A stretch of DNA of 64,000 nucleotides from Prevotella sp. Its GTDB lineage: Bacteria > Bacteroidota > Bacteroidia > Bacteroidales > Bacteroidaceae. The translations under genes were made by a program, and so were the position numbers. The stretch lies in NCBI GenBank assembly GCA_051869235.1, contig JBJEAS010000091.1, positions 7,343-71,342 of the forward strand. Direction: 5' to 3'. Below the pieces are notes generated by a model that ran no database searches, was not told the origin of the DNA, and saw only the letters and a program-made list of their open reading frames with translations. This document shows positions 30,007-40,025 of the stretch, piece by piece; within the stretch, counting starts at the first letter, position 1; every line of letters begins with the position of its first letter.

Positions 30007-30043
30007 ACTTATTCATTTTTTCACTTTTACACCAATAAGCCAA

Positions 30044-30691
30044 ATGATGAAGATTGAGAGATTCGAGGTAAATCCTTTCCAAGAAAACTGCTACGTTGTG
30101 AGCGACGAGACAGGCGAGGGCATCATCATAGACTGCGGAGCATTCTATGAGGAGGAGCGACGTACAGTGGTAGAATACGTGAAGGACAACGGCATTGAGC
30201 TGAAACACCTCATTTCAACCCATGCACACATTGACCACAACTTTGGCAACAACACCATCTTCGAGCAGTTCGGACTGAAGCCTGAAGTGCATGCAGCCGA
30301 CGAGCCACTGATGGTCAAGCTTTCCGAACAAGCCCTGATGTTCTGCAACTATAGACTCGACTATGCGATGCCGCCTGTGGGCAGATACCTTACAGAGGCT
30401 GACACCATCAGCTTCGGCTCGCACACGCTGAGCATCATCAGCACTCCCGGTCACACTCCAGGCTCAGTGTTCTACTACTGCAAAGAGGAGAAGGTGGCTT
30501 TCTCAGGCGACACACTGTTCAGAATGAGCATCGGTAGAACAGACTTCGAGTTGGGCAGCTACAACGACATAATGCAAAGCCTGATGGTACTGACAGACAA
30601 ACTGACAGACGACACCACCATACTGCCCGGACACGGTCCAAAGACCACCATAAAGGCAGAGAAGGAAAGCAATCCCTACATGAGACAATGA
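30044..30691 (+). CDS. MBL-fold metallo-hydrolase (glyoxalase II-like)
   Basis: THAHIDH, TPGHTPG, FSGDTLF..SIGRTD, PGHG motifs; start ATG 30044. Confidence 0.92.
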   Translation: MMKIERFEVNPFQENCYVVSDETGEGIIIDCGAFYEEERRTVVEYVKDNGIELKHLISTHAHIDHNFGNNTIFEQFGLKPEVHAADEPLMVKLSEQALMFCNYRLDYAMPPVGRYLTEADTISFGSHTLSIISTPGHTPGSVFYYCKEEKVAFSGDTLFRMSIGRTDFELGSYNDIMQSLMVLTDKLTDDTTILPGHGPKTTIKAEKESNPYMRQ

Positions 30692-30701
30692 CAAAAAAAT
30701 T

Positions 30702-30743
30702 AACCCACACGTCATGCAGAAACCACTGCATAAAGTGTGGGTT
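30702..30743. terminator. Hairpin terminator between MBL gene and sRNA B
   Basis: AACCCACAC...ATGCAG...CTGCAT...GTGTGGGTT. Confidence 0.65.
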
Positions 30744-30813
30744 TCAAAAGTTGACTAATCTCACGACCTGTAACTTTTTAGTTAACCTTAATAATCTAAT
30801 ACCATGAAAAACA
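30743..30813 (-). ncRNA. Candidate sRNA B (Bacteroidales GTGTTTTTCATGGTATTAG...TAAGGTTAAC motif)
   Basis: TATATTTG promoter 30819-30826 (-); transcript GUGUUUUUCAUGGUAUUAGAUUAUUAAGGUUAAC then GUGA-capped hairpin. Confidence 0.65.
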
Positions 30814-30882
30814 CACTGCAAATATACGAATAATTCAGATATCTTGCAAGAATAAATCCTAAATATTAGACTATTTTTATAA

Positions 30883-31539
30883 TTAAAGGTTAATTTTTAA
30901 AGTCTTTAACATGATTTTGTCTGAAATTATCGTTTTTTCATCTGTTGTCAGCAGCGAGAAGGCCATGCTCAACGAGAGGGAATCATCATCAGGGGAAAGA
31001 TGTGCAACGACTGTCGACGACTGCATCAGACGCACTACAGTCTGCCATTCTTCATCGGTGGCAGCAGGCAAACGCTCGACCATTTTCGGCTTATATTCAG
31101 AAAGGTCAAGGGCGAGATGCATTGGGTTCCATCTTGACGTGAATTTTTCAACCACACTGTGTTCTGCATCAGCACAACGGTAGGTCTTTACCACATAGAC
31201 CACATGAGAGGACGAGTCGGCAAGCAAACTGTCAGCCTTCACCAACTTCATCTCGACATTGGTCGAGGGGTTGAGGTGGAGCTGAAGATAGTCGTCGGCG
31301 AGACGGTTCAGTTGTGTGACGTCGTCGAAGACGTTCTTCACCTCAGAGAGCATTCCAGCATTGGCAAAGTCTACAAGGTCGAGCCGATTGTTCGACGTGA
31401 GATATGGCATGAGCGAATCGGGCATGGCAGCAAACACGTCAGACACCTTCTGTTCCTCAGCTGCATGGGCATAGAGCGGAGCACAGAAAGCAAGGAACAA
31501 AGCGACAGCAGCCCCCCTACTCTTTCTGAAAATTGACAT
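30883..31539 (-). CDS. DUF3256 family exported protein
   Basis: Signal peptide; F..MPDSL.PYLT.NNRLDL.DF motif; start uncertain (31539 or 31560). Confidence 0.8.
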   Translation of the reverse strand: MSIFRKSRGAAVALFLAFCAPLYAHAAEEQKVSDVFAAMPDSLMPYLTSNNRLDLVDFANAGMLSEVKNVFDDVTQLNRLADDYLQLHLNPSTNVEMKLVKADSLLADSSSHVVYVVKTYRCADAEHSVVEKFTSRWNPMHLALDLSEYKPKMVERLPAATDEEWQTVVRLMQSSTVVAHLSPDDDSLSLSMAFSLLTTDEKTIISDKIMLKTLKINL

Positions 31540-31561
31540 TGCTTTTTCAAACCTTATCATT

Positions 31562-32284
31562 CTACAGTCTTTTACTTAGGTTTGCCATCATCACCGAGGC
31601 TAAGGCAGCAGTCTCAGTGCGCAGCCTGCTCTCGCCCAACGACACCGACTTATATCCAGCAGCCAATGCCCTTTCAACCTCGCTGACAGAGAAGTCGCCC
31701 TCGGGACCAATCATTATCGTAACGTTCTCATTCTTGTCGGCAGCCTGAAGACAGTCGAAGAAGTCGGTCTTTGGAAATTCATCGTAACAGTGTGCAATGA
31801 ACTTCAATCCTCCATTGTCCTCCTTCAGGAATTCGTCGAAGGAAACAATCTCGTCGACGACAGGCTTCCATGCCTTTCGGCTCTGTTTCATGGCAGATAC
31901 GACAATTTTCTCCAGTCGTCGAACCTTTACCACTCGACGCTCAGAATTGTCACAATTGAGGAACGATATTCTGTCGAAGCCAATCTCTGTAGCCTTTTCC
32001 ACCAACCACTCCATTCTCTCCATCATCTTTGTCGGCGACACGACCAAATGTACACGCCCTGCCCACAGAGCCTTCTGCGGCATCTTTTCGACAAGTCGGA
32101 ACATGCACTTCCTCGTAGCGGCAATGGTGATTAAGGCTCGGTAGAAATTGCCTACGCCATCGGTGAGCATCATCTCGTCGCCCGACTTCAGACGAAGTAC
32201 ACGCAAAGCATGCATCGCCTCTTCCTCAGGCAGCTCGTCAGTCGCCTCAACATCCGGAACATAGAAAAACCTCATTTCTTTCAT
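31562..32284 (-). CDS. rsmE: 16S rRNA m3U1498 methyltransferase
   Basis: H..RVLRL, EKATEIG, IGPEGDFS, LG..RLRTETA. Confidence 0.95.
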   Translation of the reverse strand: MKEMRFFYVPDVEATDELPEEEAMHALRVLRLKSGDEMMLTDGVGNFYRALITIAATRKCMFRLVEKMPQKALWAGRVHLVVSPTKMMERMEWLVEKATEIGFDRISFLNCDNSERRVVKVRRLEKIVVSAMKQSRKAWKPVVDEIVSFDEFLKEDNGGLKFIAHCYDEFPKTDFFDCLQAADKNENVTIMIGPEGDFSVSEVERALAAGYKSVSLGESRLRTETAALASVMMANLSKRL

Positions 32285-32287
32285 TCT

Positions 32288-32875
32288 TCATTCCTTTCTC
32301 TTTCTTTTCTTCAACTCGTCAGACAAGACCTTAGCCAAACGATAATCCTCTTCGTCGACAGCCTTTTTCAAGGCTTCCTCAAGCTGCTCGACAGGCAGCA
32401 CATTGATGGGCATCGCCTTAGTGTAGATGTCGTCCTTGGAATAAGGCGTACCCTGCTTGTCAAGAATGTCGCTCACCACATACAGTGGTATCTTTGAAAT
32501 TCTGTTCAACAGTACAGCATCGCTCAGTCTTATCTGAAAAGAATGGCTATTGTTTAAATCCTCTATCTCTGTCTTATATTCACTTTCTTCAACAGCATAG
32601 ATGACCATGCGGAGATTCTTCAATTCCGTAGGGCGATTGTAGGCAAGAAGCTGAAGAAGGACCTCAGGCAACATGCGTGCACAGTCATGTTTCATCTCTG
32701 AAGAATCACGCAAGAAGAATTGGTCTCTGATGTAGCTGTCGCACACAAATGTCAACTGCCTGTCACCTGTATCGCAAACCAATGTGACAATCGACATTTT
32801 ATGACCGCTGCTCTCCATGGAGAGAACCGATTCGAGCCAAAGTTTTACCAATCTGCCGTCAGTCATTGACTCCAA
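32288..32875 (-). CDS. Bifunctional nuclease (DUF151) domain protein with UVR motif
   Basis: R.SDAVLL...IPLYV; C-terminal L..A...EDY.LA..L.DE. Confidence 0.75.
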   Translation of the reverse strand: MESMTDGRLVKLWLESVLSMESSGHKMSIVTLVCDTGDRQLTFVCDSYIRDQFFLRDSSEMKHDCARMLPEVLLQLLAYNRPTELKNLRMVIYAVEESEYKTEIEDLNNSHSFQIRLSDAVLLNRISKIPLYVVSDILDKQGTPYSKDDIYTKAMPINVLPVEQLEEALKKAVDEEDYRLAKVLSDELKKRKRKE

Positions 32876-34136
32876 CTTTTTTAGGCTTGAAAACTAATGC
32901 GAACGCAACAGCCACAAACAAGGCGTATGCAGCAAAGATGAGCCAACACGTTGACCAATCGCCAACGATGTAGCCATAGTCGCCAAAATCCTTCGACACA
33001 GTGTAGTGGTTAACCACTGCCTGAGCCGCCAAGGTGCCGAACGTTGCGCCGATGCCATTGGTCATCAGCATAAACAGCCCTTGCGCACTCGACCTGATGT
33101 TGTGGTCGGTGTTCATGTCGACGAAGAAAGCTCCACTGATATTGAAGAAGTCGAAGGCGACACCATAGACAAGCATTGAAAGGACGAACATCCAAACGCC
33201 ATCGCCCGGATTGCCCAATCCAAAGAGACCAAAGCGGAGCACCCATGCTATCATGGCTATCAGCATCACATTCTTGATGCCAAACTTCTTCATGGCAAAC
33301 GGTATGAGCAGAATGCAGCACGTCTCGCTAATCTGCGACAACGACAAGAGAATGTTGGTATGGCGGACTCCAAACGTGTCGGCATATTCAGGCATCGATG
33401 CAAAGCTACTGATGAAAGGATTGGCAAAACCATTGGTAATCTGAAGGCTAACACCAAGCATCATGGAGAAAAGAAAGAACAATGCCATGGTCTTCTGCTT
33501 GAACAGCTTGAAGGCGTTGAATCCCAAAGCCTCTGCCATCGACTTGCTCTTGCCCTCTTGCTTGACAATTTGACACTTGGGCAACGTGAAGCAGTAGAGG
33601 AAAAGGAGAATACCCAAAACGCCTGAAGTCATGAACTGCCGTTCGTCAACCTCATATCCCATTATGTCGACAAACCACATGGAAAGAATAAATCCAATTG
33701 TACCGAAGACGCGTATAGGAGGGAAATCCTTCACAGTGTCCATGCCTGCCTTCTGCAAGGCACTGAACGCAACAGAATTGGAAAGGGCTATTGTAGGCAT
33801 GTAGAAGGCAACAGAAACCGAATAGAGCGAGAACACTACAAAAGGATTGAGATGCTCATAACCCACCTTAGTGCAATATGCAGCCAACAGAATCATGAAG
33901 CCGCCTGACAACAGATGGCACATGCCCAACATCTTCTGCGCCTGTATCCATCGGTCAGCTATTACGCCAATTATGGCAGGCATAAAGATGGACACTATTC
34001 CCTGCATGGAATAGAAGAAGCCTATGTCGCCTCCCATGCCCACATCGCCGAGGTAGCGTCCCATAGATGTCAAATAGGCTCCCCAAACGGCAAATTCGAG
34101 GAAATTCATCGCAGCCAAGCGTATTTTCAGATTCAT
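32859..34136 (-). CDS. Nucleoside:H+ symporter (NupG/NHS, MFS)
   Basis: MNFLEFAVWGAYL, FPPIRVFGTIGF, SQISE, YGVAFDFFN.SG, SAQG. Confidence 0.9.
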   Translation of the reverse strand: MNLKIRLAAMNFLEFAVWGAYLTSMGRYLGDVGMGGDIGFFYSMQGIVSIFMPAIIGVIADRWIQAQKMLGMCHLLSGGFMILLAAYCTKVGYEHLNPFVVFSLYSVSVAFYMPTIALSNSVAFSALQKAGMDTVKDFPPIRVFGTIGFILSMWFVDIMGYEVDERQFMTSGVLGILLFLYCFTLPKCQIVKQEGKSKSMAEALGFNAFKLFKQKTMALFFLFSMMLGVSLQITNGFANPFISSFASMPEYADTFGVRHTNILLSLSQISETCCILLIPFAMKKFGIKNVMLIAMIAWVLRFGLFGLGNPGDGVWMFVLSMLVYGVAFDFFNISGAFFVDMNTDHNIRSSAQGLFMLMTNGIGATFGTLAAQAVVNHYTVSKDFGDYGYIVGDWSTCWLIFAAYALFVAVAFALVFKPKKVGVND

Positions 34137-34201
34137 AGTTTATCAGTTTTATTTGTATCGAATTATATTTTCTTACTACAGTGGAACAACCATCGTGATA
34201 T

Positions 34202-34435
34202 TTATTTCAGTGGAACACCATCGTGATAGGCACGCAGTGTCCCATCAGCCTCACAAGTTATTCTTATCTCTCCTCCCAACCATTCAGTATAGGCTTCCTC
34301 GCCTTCAAGCCTTCTCCAACCCACCACACAGCCATCATCAATGTCCACCACTGCCATGGCTATCGTCTCTTCGCCAACGACGACCCTATGGGCAGCCACC
34401 TTCCGCAGACGTCCTTTATCCTCGGCATTGGTCAT
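34202..34435 (-). CDS. Small hypothetical protein
   Basis: ATGA overlap with DUF4296 stop; L.GE...TEW.GG motif. Confidence 0.6.
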   Translation of the reverse strand: MTNAEDKGRLRKVAAHRVVVGEETIAMAVVDIDDGCVVGWRRLEGEEAYTEWLGGEIRITCEADGTLRAYHDGVPLK

Positions 34436-35373
34436 CGTGTCGTCAGAGGTTGAGGTTTGCTCCCAGTAGAGAACTGTCTGTTTGGAGGACGGTTGGGCAA
34501 AGGTCTGAGACTGTCAGGACGTGCCTTCAATGTCGTGTCGTTGTGCAGTGCAGGTGAACTGCCATTGTTCTGAGCAGGCGAGCTTTCGGAACTCCCTTGA
34601 TGTTTCCTCATCTTTAGCAACTGTATGTTGTCGATGAACATCAACTTCAGTGTTGAAGACTCCTCCCTGCCACGGTCAAGGTAGATGAAGCCTCGGATGT
34701 CACGAACCATGTCGTTGTCGTTGGGCGAAACCCTAAGCTCTGTCATGCCTGTCATGGAGATGCTGCGTGTGAATGACGCTATACTGTCGTTGGCATACCT
34801 GACGGCAACATACAACGTAGCATCCTTGGTACCTGTCTGATATATGAAATTGGTGTCGAATGTCAACAGATAGGTGTCACCCTTTCTGAATGTCGTATCA
34901 GCCTTTACCGTGAAGTCGACCCGATTGTACGGCACAGCAGGTGTCAATAGATATGCCTTCTTCTCTCGCCAAATGTCCGCAGTGTCGCCATTGGCAACAT
35001 AACGGCGCCTCAAATCCGACACAGCAGCACCTGAAACCTCCTCGCCTATACGGTCTTGCACATTGGAATATATCTTGCGGAAATAGTCGGCACGACTGTA
35101 GTAGTACACCAAAGACGAGTCAAACTCAGCCTCTGTCAAGCCATGCTTTTTCAACACGGCAAGGAAATAAAGCCTTCGATTATAACCCATCTTGCCATCC
35201 TTCGTATCGTGGTCTGCCATTGCCTGCGACAGATAATAGTCATAAAGGATTTCCTCCATATCTCCAGGAGATATGTAATCGCGAGGAACAGAAGGCTTAC
35301 ACGAAACAAGAAGTAGAGCCATCACTCCAGCAAAGATTGTGCCTAATCGTAACATCGTCATTTCAATAGTCAT
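34432..35373 (-). CDS. DUF4296 lipoprotein
   Basis: Lipobox LVSC; ME.ILYDYY.SQA, FDSSLVYY motif; follows lspA. Confidence 0.85.
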   Translation of the reverse strand: MTIEMTMLRLGTIFAGVMALLLVSCKPSVPRDYISPGDMEEILYDYYLSQAMADHDTKDGKMGYNRRLYFLAVLKKHGLTEAEFDSSLVYYYSRADYFRKIYSNVQDRIGEEVSGAAVSDLRRRYVANGDTADIWREKKAYLLTPAVPYNRVDFTVKADTTFRKGDTYLLTFDTNFIYQTGTKDATLYVAVRYANDSIASFTRSISMTGMTELRVSPNDNDMVRDIRGFIYLDRGREESSTLKLMFIDNIQLLKMRKHQGSSESSPAQNNGSSPALHNDTTLKARPDSLRPLPNRPPNRQFSTGSKPQPLTTR

Positions 35374-36047
35374 TTGTTGTCATTCTGCTGAACACCGTCC
35401 TCTTTCTGCCGCCCAAACACCTTGGACAACGAAAGTTGAGACAGTTCCTTGCGATACCATATCAGCAGTATTACCACACCAACACTGATGCACGAGTCTG
35501 CAATATTGAAGACAGGGCTGAAGAATATGAATTCTTCACCGCCAACCATGGGCACCCATTCAGGCCATGTGGCATGGATTATCGGGAAATAGAGCATATC
35601 GACGACCTTACCCATGAGGAATGTAGAATAGCCGTCACCGAATCCGACAAGGCTTGCTTGGGTGTAGGGGGTCGACTCTTCAAATATCAAGCCATAAAAC
35701 ATGCCGTCAATCATGTTGCCTATAGCTCCCCCGACAATCAATACAAGACAGATGACATACCCCCAACGAGCCTCAGCCTTGATTTCCCGAATCAGATAAA
35801 GTCCCAAAATGCCAATGAGCAACACACGCAAAAGAGACAGCAGCATCTTGCTGCCTATCTCCATGCCGTATGCCATTCCATTGTTCTCAATAAACAAAAT
35901 CTTGAACCAACTGAATATCGTTATGCTCTCATGCAGCGACATGTTAGTCTTTACAAGTATCTTTGACACTTGGTCTGCTAAAAGAATCAGCACAAGGACA
36001 ACAACAGCAATGTTGGTGCGAGACATTTTCTTCAAAGGACAGCTCAT
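35370..36047 (-). CDS. lspA: Lipoprotein signal peptidase
   Basis: DQ.SK, EN.GMAYG, GA.GN.ID, VVDM, VFNIAD motifs. Confidence 0.95.
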   Translation of the reverse strand: MSCPLKKMSRTNIAVVVLVLILLADQVSKILVKTNMSLHESITIFSWFKILFIENNGMAYGMEIGSKMLLSLLRVLLIGILGLYLIREIKAEARWGYVICLVLIVGGAIGNMIDGMFYGLIFEESTPYTQASLVGFGDGYSTFLMGKVVDMLYFPIIHATWPEWVPMVGGEEFIFFSPVFNIADSCISVGVVILLIWYRKELSQLSLSKVFGRQKEDGVQQNDNK

Positions 36048-36421
36048 CTGCGGTTCTGTTTTGACTCAACGCTGAGTGTGGCGTGAGGAACAGCCTTCAA
36101 ACGCTCCTTGGGAATGAGTTTGCCTGTGATGCGGTCTATTCCGTAGGTCTTGTTCTTTATTCTGACAAGAGCAGCTTCAAGTCCTTGGATGAACTTCTGC
36201 TGACGACCTGCCAACTGTATCAGTTCTTCCTTCGACTGAGTAGCACTCCCCTCCTCCAACACCTTATATGTTGGAGACGTGTCGTCTACATCGTTTCCGT
36301 CCTTGTTCATCAGAGAATTCATCATCTGCTCATAGTCTCGCCTGGCGAGAACGAGCTTCTCGTCTATAATCGCCTTGAACTCCTCAAGTTCTTGGTCGCT
36401 ATAACGTGTCTTTTCTGCCAT
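36044..36421 (-). CDS. TraR/DksA family regulator
   Basis: RYSD.EL.EFK, AL.RI.NKTYG...TGKLIP.ERL.AVPHATLS; ileS-dksA-lspA synteny. Confidence 0.9.
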   Translation of the reverse strand: MAEKTRYSDQELEEFKAIIDEKLVLARRDYEQMMNSLMNKDGNDVDDTSPTYKVLEEGSATQSKEELIQLAGRQQKFIQGLEAALVRIKNKTYGIDRITGKLIPKERLKAVPHATLSVESKQNRR

Positions 36422-36458
36422 ATTAATTATTTATGTTTGTTAATGACTATTAGTTCAA

Positions 36459-39400
36459 TTACAATTTCTCAACCTTGATATTTGCCTTTATCTCGTCAAT
36501 TTCGACCTCTGTGCCGTCATTGTCTGCAAGCACTATGTTGTCAGCCAACACCTGAGTCTTTATGTATTCAGCAAACTCGGCGACAGACTTCTCAATAACT
36601 TCGTGCCTTGAAATGACGACATTGATGCGGTCAACTATTTCCAAGCCATTGTCCTTACGCATATTCTGAATGCGGTTTATAAGCTCACGAGCTATACCTT
36701 CGTTGCGCAACTCCTCAGTAAGTTCAACCTCAAGGGCAACGGTAAGATTACCTTCGTTGCTGACAAGCCAACCGGGTATGTCCTCACTGATAATCTCAAC
36801 GTCAGCAGCCTCAATGGCTACCAACTGTCCCTCAACGTTAAGGTCTATGCTGCCATTCTTCTCAAGGAATGCTATTTGGTCTTGGTCAAGATTTGCCGTT
36901 GCAGCGGCTATGCCCTTCATCATCTTGCCAAACTTCTTGCCCATCGTCCTAAAGTTGCACTTCACCTTCTTGACGAGAACTCCCTGACCTTCAACGAATT
37001 TCAGCTCCTTTACGTTAACCTCATTCATTATCAGGTCCTTTACTGCCTCAATGTGATTGCGCTGAGCATCGTCAATGGCAGGAACCATAATAGCCTGAAG
37101 AGGTTGACGAACCTTAATGTTCACCTTACGGCGCAGAGCCAATACCATGGAGGTTATCTTCTGAGCCATAGCCATACGTTCTTCAAGGTCTTTGTCTATC
37201 ATGCTCTCGTCAGCTTCAGGGAACTTGGCAAGGTGGACAGAGCAGACATTGTCTCGTCCTGTAGCCTTAATCAAATCCAAGTAGAGCTGATCGGCATAGA
37301 ATGGTGCGAATGGAGCCAACAGCTTTGCAACTGTTTCAAGACAGATGTAGAGAGTCTGATAAGCCGAGAGCTTGTCCTGACTCATTTCCTTGCCCCAAAA
37401 ACGCTTACGGTTCAAACGTACATACCAATTGCTTAAGTCGTCGTTGATGAAGTTCTCTATAAGACGACCTGCTCGTGTAGGGTCATAATTCTGCATCTCA
37501 CGGTCAACACCTTTGACTAAAGTATGAAGAACTGAAAGAATCCAACGGTCAATCTCAGGACGCTCCGATACCGGAACATCTGCCTGCGAATAGTCGAATC
37601 CGTCGACATTGGCATAAAGGCTGAAGAACGAATATGTGTTGTACAGAGTTCCAAAGAACTTGCGGCGCACTTCGTCTACTCCTTCTTGGTCGTATTTCAA
37701 GTTGTCCCATGGCTCCGAATTCGTCATCATATAGAAACGGACAGGGTCTGCACCATATTTTTCTATTTGGTCAAATGGATTGACCACATTGCCTACATGC
37801 TTTGACATCTTATTTCCCTTGGCGTCGAGGACAAGACCTGAAGAAATGACATTCTTGAAGGCAACAGAATCGAATACCATTGTTGCGATGGCATGAAGAG
37901 TAAAGAACCAACCACGAGTTTGGTCAACACCCTCGTTAATGAAGTCGGCAGGGAATGCCTTGCGCTCATCTATCAATTCACGATTCTCAAATGGATAGTG
38001 AATCTGCGCATATGGCATTGAGCCTGAGTCGAACCACACGTCGATAAGGTCTGTCTCACGCTTCATAGGGTTGCCTGTGGCACTGACAAGTACAATATTG
38101 TCCACGTATGGACGGTGAAGGTCTATCTTGTCGTAGTTTTCCTGTGCGTAATCACCGGGAACAAAACCATTATCCTTCAATGGATTGCTTGCCATTACGC
38201 CTGCCTCAACAGCCTTCTCTATCTCGTCAAACAACTGCTGCAGACTACCTATGCAAACCTCCTCACCATCTTCGTCTCTCCAAATAGGCAATGGAGTACC
38301 CCAATAGCGGCTACGCGAAAGGTTCCAATCGTTAAGGTTGTCAAGCCAATTGCCAAAACGTCCTGTTCCCGTTGACTCAGGTTGCCAATTTATTGTCTTG
38401 TTAAGCTCCGACATGCGTCCCTTCTTGGCGGTGGAACGAATGAACCATGAGTCGAGAGGATAGTAAAGTACAGGCTTGTCGGTACGCCAACAGTGTGGAT
38501 AGTTATGCACATGTTTTTCTATCTTCAACGCCGTTCCCTCCTGCTTCATTTCCATGCAGATTTCGACATTGAGGTCTTCTGCCTTGCTTGCTGCCTTTTC
38601 GTCATATTTTCCATCTACGTTAAACTCAGGCTTGTACGCATTCTTAACATAGTCGCCCTCGTGCTTGGAATATGCCGACTTGTCAACACAAGCGCCCACG
38701 AAGTTGCCATCCAACTCTGCTGTCAAATAATACTTTCCCTGCAAATCAACCATAGGACGTGTTTCGCCCTTCTTATTGATAAGGTATAGCGAAGGTATTT
38801 CAGCATCCTTGGCAACCTTGGCGTCATCAGCACCGAAGGTAGGAGCGATATGTACTATTCCCGTACCATCGTCAGTTGTAACATAGTCACCCGGGATAAC
38901 ACGGAAAGCCTGACTCTCCATCTCTACGAAACGGTCTTTGCCATTCTCGCCATCAAACACTTTCTCAGGATGCTCGTCAGCATACCTCTTTATATATTCG
39001 GCAGCTTGAGGCTCCAACTTCATGCATGGCTTAACCCATGGCATCAGTTGCTTATATCCCATGCCAACAAGCTCCGCCCCCTTGTAACGAGCTACTATCT
39101 CGTATGGCACCACCTTGTCACCGTGCTTATATTCGCCGAGCGGCAGTTCAGCTCCCTCAGGCTTCAAGTACGCCGACAATCTGTCTTCCGCTACAATTAT
39201 CATTATCTTCTCACCAGTATACTGATTATAGGTCTTGACAACGCAGTATACATAGTTTGGTCCTACACAAAGTGCAGTGTTTGAAGGCAATGTCCATGGC
39301 GTGGTTGTCCAAGCAGCGAAATAAGCCTTACCCCACTCGCCCCACTCTGCCTTAGGCTTTACGACCTCGAACAAAGCTGTAGCTGTGGTGTCCTTGACGT

Positions 39401-40025
39401 CGCGATAACAACCGGGCTGATTCAATTCATGCGACGAAAGTCCTGTTCCTGCACCAGGAGAATAAGGTTGGATTGTATAACCCTTATAAAGCAGTCCCTT
39501 GTCATAGAGCTGCTTCAACAACCACCAAAGTGTCTCTATATACTTGTTGTCATAGGTGATATAGGGATTGTCAAGGTCTACGAAATATCCCATCTCCTCT
39601 GTAAGCTGACGCCATTCTGCCGTGAATTTCATCACGTTTTCACGGCATCTACGATTGTAGTCCTCTACAGAAATATACTTGCCCGATTCGCGATTGTCGA
39701 TATCAGCTTTTGTTATGCCAAGTTCCTTCTCTACACCAAGCTCAACAGGCAATCCATGCGTATCCCAACCTGCCTTACGTTTTACCTGATAGCCTTTCAT
39801 CGTCTTATAACGATTGAAGGTGTCTTTAATGGCACGAGCCAAAACATGGTGGATTCCCGGATGTCCATTAGCCGAAGGGGGACCTTCGAAAAATACAAAC
39901 TGAGGACAACCTTCACGTTCGTCTATCGTCTTATGGAACACGTCATTACGATTCCATTCCTCAAGGACTTCCTTGTTCACTTGAGTCAAATTCAAACCAT
40001 TATGTTCGGCAAATTTCTTGGCCAT
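36459..40025 (-). CDS. ileS: Isoleucine--tRNA ligase (type 2)
   Basis: EGPPSANG, GWDTHGLPVE, WTTTPWTLPSN, SRSRYWGTP, KMSK motifs. Confidence 0.98.
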   Translation of the reverse strand: MAKKFAEHNGLNLTQVNKEVLEEWNRNDVFHKTIDEREGCPQFVFFEGPPSANGHPGIHHVLARAIKDTFNRYKTMKGYQVKRKAGWDTHGLPVELGVEKELGITKADIDNRESGKYISVEDYNRRCRENVMKFTAEWRQLTEEMGYFVDLDNPYITYDNKYIETLWWLLKQLYDKGLLYKGYTIQPYSPGAGTGLSSHELNQPGCYRDVKDTTATALFEVVKPKAEWGEWGKAYFAAWTTTPWTLPSNTALCVGPNYVYCVVKTYNQYTGEKIMIIVAEDRLSAYLKPEGAELPLGEYKHGDKVVPYEIVARYKGAELVGMGYKQLMPWVKPCMKLEPQAAEYIKRYADEHPEKVFDGENGKDRFVEMESQAFRVIPGDYVTTDDGTGIVHIAPTFGADDAKVAKDAEIPSLYLINKKGETRPMVDLQGKYYLTAELDGNFVGACVDKSAYSKHEGDYVKNAYKPEFNVDGKYDEKAASKAEDLNVEICMEMKQEGTALKIEKHVHNYPHCWRTDKPVLYYPLDSWFIRSTAKKGRMSELNKTINWQPESTGTGRFGNWLDNLNDWNLSRSRYWGTPLPIWRDEDGEEVCIGSLQQLFDEIEKAVEAGVMASNPLKDNGFVPGDYAQENYDKIDLHRPYVDNIVLVSATGNPMKRETDLIDVWFDSGSMPYAQIHYPFENRELIDERKAFPADFINEGVDQTRGWFFTLHAIATMVFDSVAFKNVISSGLVLDAKGNKMSKHVGNVVNPFDQIEKYGADPVRFYMMTNSEPWDNLKYDQEGVDEVRRKFFGTLYNTYSFFSLYANVDGFDYSQADVPVSERPEIDRWILSVLHTLVKGVDREMQNYDPTRAGRLIENFINDDLSNWYVRLNRKRFWGKEMSQDKLSAYQTLYICLETVAKLLAPFAPFYADQLYLDLIKATGRDNVCSVHLAKFPEADESMIDKDLEERMAMAQKITSMVLALRRKVNIKVRQPLQAIMVPAIDDAQRNHIEAVKDLIMNEVNVKELKFVEGQGVLVKKVKCNFRTMGKKFGKMMKGIAAATANLDQDQIAFLEKNGSIDLNVEGQLVAIEAADVEIISEDIPGWLVSNEGNLTVALEVELTEELRNEGIARELINRIQNMRKDNGLEIVDRINVVISRHEVIEKSVAEFAEYIKTQVLADNIVLADNDGTEVEIDEIKANIKVEKL

